64,000 nucleotides of DNA, from positions 248,001-312,000 of the forward strand of contig CDMY01000275.1 of assembly GCA_001179505.1 (NCBI GenBank), written 5' to 3'. The notes beneath the pieces were generated by a model. That model worked only from the letters and a program-made list of their open reading frames with translations. It did no database searches and was not told where the DNA came from. Positions 36,673 through 46,399 of the stretch are shown one piece after another (positions within the stretch are counted from its first letter, which is position 1; each line of letters opens with the position of its first letter). The DNA comes from Vitrella brassicaformis CCMP3155 (taxonomy: Eukaryota > Protista > Chromerida). The position numbers were made by a program, and so were the translations under genes.

Positions 36673-38321
36673 ATGGAGGCCGAGTTGGCCGCTCGGCGGT
36701 TCAGCGCTCGTGCGATTCTCAAGGAGCTGCACGTGCCCGTGACGGCCATCGGTGACGCCATCAGCCAGCTGCACACACAGGTCCGCCAGGCTGACGAGGC
36801 CGCCCACGTGGCCGCCCAGCGAAAGAGGCAGCAGCACGGCGCATCGGACCCCTCGGCGGCCTCGCGTGACGACACTTTGGTGCTGAATGTGGGCGGCCAT
36901 CTGATGAGCGTCAGGCGGCAGCACGTGACTCAGGGAGAGGGGGTGGAGGGCACTCCGCTGGCGGCCCTCTTCGGGGGCTGCTGGGAGGACCGACTCATAA
37001 AGGACGACAGCCAGCGGGTGTTCCTCGACATCTGCCCGGAGGCCTTTAAGGCCGTTCACAAGGCCATCCTCAATGCCGAGACCCTTCGCAGCGCCGGCAA
37101 GGCGGCGTCGGTCGGCCACCTGCTCAATAAAGTGGCCAAGCGCGACAAGGGTGACGGCAATAAAGGCGATGACACAGTCTTCTCGTTTCGTCATTTTGCC
37201 TTTGGCTGCCTGTGTGTGGTGTGTCTGTCAGGTCGCCATGGCTTCTGGGTCAAGCTGTTGATGACGCCTCTCAACAAGGATCGCCCATCGGCGAGGATGC
37301 GGCAGACGCGGCCCCCTGTGCCCCGGCTGGCGGCCACTGACATGCCTTCCGGCAGCGGCGACACAGTCAGGAAGCTCGAAGGCATTATAAGGGCATACGC
37401 CGCCGAGAGGGCCCGGCTGGAGGGACAGCTGCGGGCCGCCGACAAACGACGCGACAATCTCGACAAAGAGATAAAGGTGACGATATGAGCAGAGGTGGAG
37501 GAAGAGGCCGTTGGTCTGATGGTTGTGGCTGTGTGTGTGTGTCAGGCCGTCGAGCCCTTTCTGCTGCCTCTGAGTGGCGGCGATACCATTCGGTCGGTCG
37601 AGGTGTGTGGTCAGCTCATCTCGACCACTCAGTCCACTGTGGACGAAATGGGCGACATCGCACTGGCCAACCGATTTGACCTGTGAGCCCATCACACCAA
37701 CACACTCAGGACACACTGATGTGTTTCTCACTGCTTGTGTGCCGTCAGGTGGTCCAGCAGCCGAGCGGTGGAGGTGGTGGATCCCGACCACATCGGCCGC
37801 ATGGTCGCCGTCTACCGCAGAAAGCGACTCGGCGCCTCGCCGGCCGACATGGCCGCCGTCCTGACGATGGCTGGCAAGACGGACCAGCCGCCATTTGACG
37901 TCAACGCGGCCATGTACGGCATTGTCAAGACCGACACACCCACACCACAGGCCAGGTGAGACCCAACAGGGAGCAGACAAGAGCAATTGGCCATCTTTGT
38001 TGCATTCTTTTCAGTGTCGGCCGTCGGACCGGCACATTGCCGTCTGGTTGTCGATATGAGGTGGTGCAGGAGGGCTACGGCGGCAGAGTGCCCACACTTT
38101 CTATCGACACCGTCGAGTACGACTACATTGGGTGGCGTGATGGATTCGACGGCCGGGACAAAGCATTCGATTACCGTGGGGATGTGGGTCGTTTGTCCGA
38201 TCTGGATGGGTGGCTGAAAACGGCGTTGTTTTGGATGAGGGAGGGGGAGGTCAGACGATTCAGACTGCCAGACGAAAATCACGCCCCCTACCGTCAGCTG
38301 CACTTGATCAGCATAGTGTAG
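36673..38321 (+). CDS. Cargo gene D: BTB/POZ (KCTD/T1-type) protein with a second degenerate BTB-like part and a degenerate C-terminal FKBP-like domain, 4-5 introns
   Basis: BTB: LVLNVGGHLMSVRRQHVTQGEGVEGTPLAALFGGCWEDRLIKDDSQRVFLDICPEAF. Second repeat: IRSVEVCGQLISTTQSTVDEMGDIALANRFDLW. FKBP-like: TLPSGCRYEVVQEGYGGRVPTLSIDTVEYDYIGW...GWLKTALFWMREGEVRRFRLP. Confidence 0.75.
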
Positions 38322-38551
38322 GAGAGAGAGAGTGCACACACACACAGATGGGGGCGGCTCTGTCTGTGACACACACTCATGTGTGAGGCCGGGAGCCCTC
38401 CCTCGTCGCCTGGCTGACTGTGGGCTTTGGTTTTGAGCGATGGAGTGAGTGCGTTGGCTGTGTACTGTCCAACGGCAGCGAGGGGGGGGGATTTTTATCA
38501 CATCGTTGATGTTAAGGTGTGTGTGTCGCCTCTCTCCCCCCCACCTATATA

Positions 38552-38778
38552 TCGAACGATCTGATGGACGATGGCCAACTAAATGAATGAAAGACATACA
38601 TATATACGTCTCGTACTGACCAGAGGGTGATTTCATACTCACAAAGCTTTAAAAGAAAAATCTCAAGGGTTTACACCTTGGGTCAAGGGTTTGGAACCCT
38701 GAACCCCCAAAAAACCCATACAAGGGATTTTCAATGCGAGCGAAGCGAGTATTGGAAATCCCTTGTATAAGTACTACT
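38552..38778 (-). repeat. Right terminal inverted repeat
   Basis: 38705-38778 is the exact reverse complement of 32709-32782. 38552-38630 is about 90% identical to the reverse complement of 32848-32927. Contains AGGGTTTGGAACCCT at 38686-38700. Confidence 0.95.
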
Positions 38779-38833
38779 TTGGGCGGATGCCCGAGCCACC
38801 GCCAGGGGCAGATCTGTAGTACTGCGCCGGAAA

Positions 38834-40205
38834 TGGAGGTCCATCAGGCCGACCGTGTATCTCCCTTCGTTGCCTTCCTAGTCAACACACAGGAGGTGAG
38901 AGATCTCTGCAGCATTACCCATTGCAAATATGCCGTGTGTGTGGTGATGCGTTCTGTCAGGACATGTGCGGGCTCATTTGTTCATTCCTTGTCGCCAAAG
39001 ATCTCGCAGCCCTCACCACCAGGCGAGTATCATCAGCTACCGATCTGCTTTTGTCATATATGCAATGGATGGATGGATGGATGGACTGACGTGCTTTTTG
39101 CAGTTGCGCCCGTTGCCACGAGGGTCTGTGGTGTAGCGCTCCCTTCTGGCATTGTTTCTTTGCCCAGCTGAACATCGCCCCCCCCTCCCCCCTGTCGTCA
39201 CCCATCCTGCCGCCGTCGCCCCTCAGCCCCCCGTCATCCACCAGCGCATCATCCGCCACGCACACACCACCTCTCTCACCGCTGCGTGAGGTGGTATCGG
39301 CGTCGCATCTGGTGGGAGCGGGGTCTTTGTTGCCGACCTCATGTGGGGATGGAAGGCGACTGGTGAGCGGGGGGGGGTGGGGGTGGGGGTAGAGGGACAG
39401 AAGGGGGAAGGCTCACTCACACACTGTATGTATGTGCGATTGTATGTAGGTGCGGGCACTATCGACACCGTGTGGATGCCGTCGGCACCGACGAGCCGCC
39501 GGACGTCTATGGCCAGCTGTTCGACACGGCAAAGTGAGTGATTGAGCTAATCGCCGGCCGACCGACCCCCACCCACCCCCATCAATGTGTATGTCGCATA
39601 TTTAGGCGCTATTTGCGTGGCCTGCTTGGCCGCGACGACCCTGGTTTGCTGCACCGATTCGGCAATGCATGCCTGGGACTGGTGCGCAAATACGACAGCT
39701 ACGATGACCACACACAGGTCGGCATATCCCAGGAACGGAGAATTGGGCATTCATTCGTGTGTGTGGGGGGTGCACTGCACGTATACGCATACATGCAGGC
39801 GGCGGCAGAGGACATGGTGTGGCAGATAAGTCGAAGGACGGACATCTTCACACGTACATCAACAAGCGCCTCCTTTTGTGTCTCCTCAAACACTCCGAGT
39901 GTCAATGTTTCCATGCGGGGGTGTCAGGGGGCCATGCGTTGGAGATATGTCGCGTCTTTGAGGACAGAAAGGAGCGCCGCATCATACAGAAAGCCATGGA
40001 CCACGTCGCCATCATATTCTTGGCAAGTCAACCCACACACGGCAACAGACCTCTCGATGTATATGTGCCCATGCAGGATTCGGAGGAGAGTTTTGACGCG
40101 TTGCTGGAGCACCAGTACGCCATGCTGGCGCAGCAGGACCGATCACCGCGCACATGCGAGGAGGCACTCGCCGATATGCCATCCATCCACACACCACACA
40201 CATGA
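38834..40205 (+). CDS. Hypothetical multi-exon protein (some Cys/His clusters)
   Basis: Exons flanked by GT-AG: MEVHQADRVSPFVAFLVNTQE; CGHYRHRVDAVGTDEPPDVYGQLFDTAK; RYLRGLLGRDDPGLLHRFGNACLGLVRKYDSYDDHTQ; GHALEICRVFEDRKERRIIQKAMDHVAIIFLA; DSEESFDALLEHQYAMLAQQ. Confidence 0.55.
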
Positions 40206-40780
40206 ACCATGACATTCAAACGTCCCCCTAGACACATGCCATTATTGAGGGCGCATGAGCTGCCACACACACAGCCAGCCAGCCGCTTTTCGAATTCTCC
40301 TTGCGGTAGTTTTGCCTTCCTTGTTTTGGCCACATTGGCGGGCGCGGTGTGGCGTGTCGGAGTTCGTATCAGATGATAGAGCATAGAGCCATCGATGTCT
40401 TGCGCAGCTCTTTTTCGACCCTTGCACCCATGCCTTGATCACACCACACACGGCTGGCGTGAGTGGGGTGGGTCTGAGCAATTAATGCGTTGACGGGTTG
40501 ACTGATTGTGCAGAGCCCTGTCTGTGTGTCTGTGGACGACCAGGTATGGCCGGGTGTGTGCGTGTGTGTGCCGTGGACAGACAGACTGTGATGACGAGTG
40601 AACGTGTTAATCGGAAAGAAAGACGATAGCACGCGATATCCGTCCACTGCATAGGGTGCGGCTGAGCCACCACTATCACCACAAATGTACAGCCACAGCA
40701 AAGCACGAGGCGGCAGCCAGTCTCCGTTCTCCCCGAGCCCACCCCCCTCCCTCCCTCTGTCTGTCTGTGTCATGCAGCTA

Positions 40781-41461
40781 TCATCCCGTGAAGTGTTGAG
40801 TTGCGTCTTTCTGCCCCGAGAAGAGCCCCGATCTCGTGTCATCCAGCCCGTCACGGTCATGGACGTACTCCACCCTGATAGACAGACAGACAGATACGCA
40901 GGCAGATAGACAAACAAGTGCAGTGCACAAAATCGACAGATGGATGGATGGATGGACCAAACCCAGAGCCACCATCCCATCCTCTGCCTGTTCGTGTTTC
41001 GTTTCACCGACTGACTGACTGACGCACTTTTTGCTGCAGGTGCGTTCGAACTCATTGATCTCGGGGATGCACTTGGTGATGTCACCTGACACACAGACAC
41101 ACACACACGCGCACGTGCTGCCCGCCCGTGACTCTTGGCATCCCGCCATGACGGCTGCCTGACCATTGCTGTCAGCGAGGCATTCCCGCAGCGGCCTCAT
41201 CTGGCAAACGATCTTCTCCTTCTTGAGCTTCGGCTTGTTCGCTGTACACACACAAACACACACGCAAACAACACCGGATGAGAGGGAAGCGCTGTACTGT
41301 TCGTTCGCTCACCTGCCATCGCCATCTTGGCTGCAGTCTTTCAAAATGTTAAGGACACGCGCCGTCGGCTTCTTCTCTTCTTCTTCTTCTCTTTCCCCTT
41401 TCGTTGCGAGCTTATGGGTGGAGATCTCTGCTCGCCCAAAGCGACAGGGATCGGATGCCAT
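40781..41461 (-). CDS. Small protein with a twin-Cys helical-hairpin (CHCH-like) motif, 4 exons
   Basis: Spliced: MASDPCRFG...KPKLKKEKIVCQMRPLRECLADSNGDITKCIPEINEFERTCSKKVEYVHDRDGLDDTRSGLFSG*. Cys spacing is CX7C/CX10C, not the canonical CX9C. Confidence 0.5.
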
Positions 41462-42187
41462 GCTGCTGTCCGCCTGTTTCCCCTGAACGGTTTTCTGCGC
41501 CTCTGGATGCTGCCGGCCTCCCTTTCGACTCGCGACTTGATGCGACAATGCTGCAGATCTGTGGGCATTCTTGACTCCTGGCACTTGTCCTGCTGGTCTG
41601 CCTGTCTTCTGTCTTTCGGTCCCTGAGGAGGTAGGTCGTGTGTGCTGCGAGGGAGCGAGCAGAGAGTGAGGGCCCGACTGACTGACTGTGTCTGTCTGTC
41701 TGTCTGTCTGAGTGGTTAATTGGCTGTCAGTCTGTCTGCATAGGTGGTAGAGAGGGACTTACTGCTTGCCTCTCTCTCCAGTTGTGTAATTGCTCACGGT
41801 CTGCATGCACGTCTGCACCTACCTACCCTCTCTTGCTGGGTGGCCGGTGAAGTGGTCAAGCTAAGCAGCGATGTCTATTTGTTCAGTGATTCATTCACGC
41901 GCTGACTAGGTAGCTGCCTGGTTGGCTGCAGGTTTGTCTGAGCGCGCCGTCTGGGTTTTTTGGCTTGTGAGTGTCTCGTGCGTTCGTCCGTCCGTCCGTC
42001 CGTCCGTGTGTCCGCGTGTCCGTGTGTCCGAGGGTCTGTCTTGTTTTTCCGGTTCTATCTATCTGTGTATTGAGTAATTATTCGCTCACTCCCGCTTGTT
42101 GGTCATGTGACCGGCCGACTGACTGACTGAGATGCGTAAGAGTGACATGTCATGTGCATACATTTGAGTAGCCAATTTGCGTAAGAG

Positions 42188-45100
42188 ATGCCCTTGCTGG
42201 CAGAGAAGGAGCTATTCTGCTTCAGGTAGGGAGGTAGGTATTGATGGACGAGAGGACGAGTCAAGCAGAACAGAAGCAGGTCAGTCAGTCACTGTGTGTG
42301 CTGTGTGTCTGTCTGTCTGTGTTGATTGATTGCAGGACGAAGCAGTGTGTGCGGCTGCGTAAGTATGGGCGATGCGACTATGGCCAGCGGTGCCAGTACA
42401 GTCACTCCAATGAGTGGCCGCGTAGATGCCCCTTCTACATCAGGTACGTACGTGAAGCGCAGACAGACAGACAGACACGCATACACAAGCACAAGCGTTG
42501 ATGCTTGCGTCGTCTTGGTGTGTTGTCGTCCGTTCGTCAGTGATCCGACGTCGCTGCGTTATGTGCCTGAGTTGTGTCCCGATGTGGTGTTCAAGCGGCG
42601 TGGTGAGGGTGGCGATGAGGACATGATGCCCGACCTGGAGAGGACGACGGTCAACGAGCACGAGATACTCGTCAACGCGTGCGCCAGGGGAGGCGGGTGC
42701 CCCTTCTGCCACTCCACTGAGGAGTACCTTTACCACCCACTCAAATACAAGGTCGGTAAGGTCGGGGCACCGGTGCACCGGTGCACTGCACTAGCACACA
42801 CGTATAGGACACGGCTGATGTATGTGATTGATGCATTGCACACATACATTTTGTCCTTTCTTACTTGGCTGGTTGGTTGGTGGTTCAAACAGACGGAGCT
42901 GTGTCACAGGTATCACACGAGCAACACGGCTGGCCCCCCTCACTCACCCGACTCTCAGCAGCAGCCACCATCCCAGCCCTTCGGATGGAACACGAGCACC
43001 AGCAGCAGTAGCAGCAACACTGACCGCTCGGCGGGTCAGCTGCCCATGCGCTGTCAGTTGTACTTCTGTCCCTTCATCCATGGTGTTGCGGAGAACCGCA
43101 GGGCGCAGCGCACCAGCGACCAGCGGCCCATCTACAAGTTCAAGTATAGGAACCGGGGCAGCATCGGCGACGGGCTCGACAACCTGAGGCGACACAACCA
43201 GCAGCGCCACATGCGCGAGGTGACGTCGTCCTGCAGTTCATCGCCTGCGTGTGAGGGGCAGCGGCCGATGTACCAAGATGCGGGCGAGGACGCAGGCGAC
43301 ATGCAAGAGGGCGGCGCCAACGGGGCAGGCGGACCGGTCTCACCCATGGAAGAATCAGGTGGGCGAGGCGAGGCACGGCACGCAGTGGAGGGCAGAGCAT
43401 GTTCACCATGGCTTGTATCGGTCCTTTTGTTGTGTGTGTGGCGTCAATCCGTTCAGTGCTCAAGTGTTTGAGTCAGTACCCACACGTGGAGGTCCTCACG
43501 CGCACGCAGCGACCACCGGGCAGCAAGCGAAGGCAACACAGTGAAGACCCGCCCAGACCCGACCCAACACACCATGACGTGGCGGACCAGCATCAGCCAA
43601 CCAGTAGCGTCCATCTGGATACCCCTGGCTGGCCCACCACCGCTCCTCCACCCCCCCCATCGCCGCGTCACGACGAGCATCAATACGATGTGCAGCGCCA
43701 GCCTCCGGCGTATGGTCTGCCACCGCCGCCGCCGCCACCACCACCGCCCTACCTCCCCTCCTGCTATATCCACCACGGACGGTCGCGGTCACTCTCGTCG
43801 GCTCGGCACGAGGGACGGCCACCCACGCCACCACAGCGGATCACGTCTCCAAACCACGAGGAGAGGGCCCCGTCTTATCCCGCTGGCCCTCCCCCAATGT
43901 GGCTGCCCAATGAGTCGACAATCCGCGTGGACTACCCCATCATTGTGTCATCGTCGGGTGGACACGACGGAGGACAGCAGGTGGAGACGTGGGGACAGAC
44001 CTTCTCTGGACAGGTGGTGGTTTCGCGGCCATTCCCCATCACGGCTGCTTCGATGCACCCACCGCTCGCTGGAACTAAAGCCGGTGCTGAGCAGCGACCG
44101 GCTCACGCCTATCAGCGGTCACTCTCGCCCTCATCCTCGGCATCCATCGGGCGCCCTCCGCCCTACCCGCCCTCTGCCTATGCGAGACTGGCATCAGCTC
44201 GACCCCCTCCCCCGCCCCCTCCCGTCGCCCCACCCCAATCAATGTGGCCGGAGCACTGCACACCCACAAGCCCCTCCTCGTCTCCCTCGTCAACGCGCAT
44301 GACAGACACAGGGTCGTTCCCGCCGTGTGACTCTTCGCTTAGGGCCACCCCGCCCCTCTCGCAGCAGCTGGACTCTTTCAGGACCCTCCCTCTGGATCCA
44401 TCATCCAACAGCGCCACCACAGCCACAAACGCCAGCAGCATACCCGTCTACTGCCAGCCACTGCTCCCGTCGAGGGAGCAACAAAAGGACGACGGGCCAT
44501 CGGAGGCCGCTGGCAGTGGGCCAAGGAAACGGGGCAGGGATGGCGGCTGGCAGGAGGGAAGAGAAGAGGGGGAGGGCAGCCCCTCGCGTCAGTCATCAGA
44601 TGCGCCGGACGAGCAGCTCGCGAGCCACCAGGAGCAGCAGGGCAAGTCCTCGTCGGTCGGTCTCGACTTCCTCTTCGCCGGCAAGAGGAGCGAGGGCGAC
44701 AGCGAGGACCCATCGCCGTCCAGCCCTGCAGGGCTGTCCGCCGCTGCCCAGACTGCTCAGACTGTCGACGGCAGAGAAGATCCCGCCAACGCTAGACAGC
44801 CGCCGGAGCAAGAAGCCGACACTACCAACAACGACCAAGGAGACAAGAGCAAGGATGCAGACGAGGAGCCATCACAGCCGTGCCAGGTGCCGCCAGCTCG
44901 CCAGCCCCAGGAGGGCGTCAGCTCCCCGGCCAACGACCCCAGCAACTCGTCATGGTCGTCGTCGAGCTCCTTTTCGCTCTCGTCGCCCTCGGCGTCACCC
45001 ACTGGCGGCGGCCTGTCCAAGCGCATGTCGCGGACAGTCAAGCTGCACAACCTCGACAAGGCCACTGGGGATCGTCAGGGCGCGGCAGCGGACAAGGCAG

Positions 45101-46382
45101 CGGCCAAGGCAGACTCATCCAGCAGCAGCAACAAAAGCAGCAGCAGTGAAGGCGGCGACAAGTCTGCCGTGGACAAGGGAGAGTCCCCCAGCCTTCAGCC
45201 GTCGTCCTCCAGGCTGCGTCGTCTGCCACCCCCCGTCAGCTCCAAACCCGCCGAGCAGCATGACGAGGAGCCCCGAGCAGCGGGGGGTTCAGTGAGCGAC
45301 AAGGCGCACCATCACGGTGGCTGGGAGGAGATCGTGCAGACACTTCAGGCACAGCTAGTCAGCTTTGCGGCAGGCAGGGGCGGGGATGAGTCCGTCACTG
45401 TGCCGCAGTCAGTGCCGCAGCAGCAGCAGCAGCCACCTGGTGGTCCGTCGGGTGGCGGAGGTGGTGGTGTGTCTCCGTTGCCATTGGTAGAGCTGCATCG
45501 TCTGGCGTCAGTGCTGAGTGGGATGAGCCTGGAGAGCGACGACAAGAGCAAGAAGGACGACAGGATGGAAATACTCCAGCATTCACTCAGAGAGGTGGGC
45601 GGGCCGGGCATGCAGATGAGCCGAGCCAGCTATGGCCGCATTCATTAACGCGTGTATGCTCGTATTGATTGATTGATTGCAGATAGTGAGTGCCTGCATT
45701 GGCCCCAAGGCGGCGACGCTGCAGGCCACAAGCCCCTCCCCCTCACCCCCTGCATCACCCATTCCTCACCCCCCAGCTGTTGCGGCGGCTGCTGCTAGTG
45801 GTGCTTCTCTGATGGCCGCGTCGGGTGCGAGCAGCCCCGACTCGGCCCCAGCGACTCTACTAAGCGGTGACCATCCCCCGTCGCCCCCCTTCATGGGCGT
45901 CAATCGCTCTGCCAGTCTGGACGCGATCGTCACGGCGGGGCCAGAAGAGCAACAAGACACACACATGAGCCACGACAGGTAGGCAACAGCCAGCAAGCCA
46001 CACGCAAACATGCCATAGAAACGTGTCAGTTTGCTCGTTCAGGCCATCGCCGCCAGAGCCGGCAAACGAGGATGAGTTGTTGACCGAACAGGGCCATCCT
46101 CACCTCCCACCCCAGCCGCCATCCGCCTCGTGGGCACCCCTTCCCCCCAATGTCACCGAGGCATCCCCCTCGTCGCCATGCGACGGCTGGACGGTCTCAC
46201 TCAGCAGTGCGTCGGCACACCCGCACCCACAATCTGACGAGGGTGAGGAGGGTCAAGGCCACGGCGGGCAGGCGGCGGATGACAGCGGCGACGGCGGGGG
46301 GGATGGCGATGGCGACCATGGTGATGCTGTGCGCGTGGGTGAGGATATAGCCTCCGCCGTAGCCAATGCCGTCTTCTCGTAG
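42188..46382 (+). CDS. Unkempt/plant-TZF-like tandem CCCH zinc-finger RNA-binding protein with a long low-complexity C-terminus
   Basis: MPLLAEKELFCF/RTKQCVRLRKYGRCDYGQRCQYSH; RRCPFY...LRYVPELCPD; CARGGGCPFCHSTEEYLYHPLKYKTELC; CQLYFCPFIHG. Pro/Ser-rich 749-codon exon. Confidence 0.82.
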
Positions 46383-46399
46383 GGGAGGGAGATCATAAA

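Larger units (their letters stand above)
32709..38778. mobile_element. 6,070-bp TIR element with a 6-bp TSD: non-autonomous Polinton/Maverick-like element carrying cargo genes
   Basis: Perfect 74-bp inverted repeats (32709-32782 / 38705-38778) beginning AGTAGTAC. A second inverted block of about 90% identity (32848-32927 / 38552-38630). TTGGGC flanks both ends (32703-32708, 38779-38784). No transposase, integrase, pPolB or capsid recognised inside. Confidence 0.85.

Noticed and set aside
37684-37686. Apparent premature TGA in the BTB cargo gene (NRFDL*)
   Set aside because: The TGA overlaps a GT donor (CT|GTGAG). Splicing to the CAG acceptor near 37748 restores LWSSSRAVEVVDPDH.
32709-38778. 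Helitron/Helentron, transpoviron or MULE interpretation of the TIR element
   Set aside because: Helitrons do not make TSDs. MULE TSDs are typically 9-11 bp. Transpovirons encode an SF1 helicase, which is not seen here. A 6-bp TSD with AGTAGT termini fits Polinton-type ends best.
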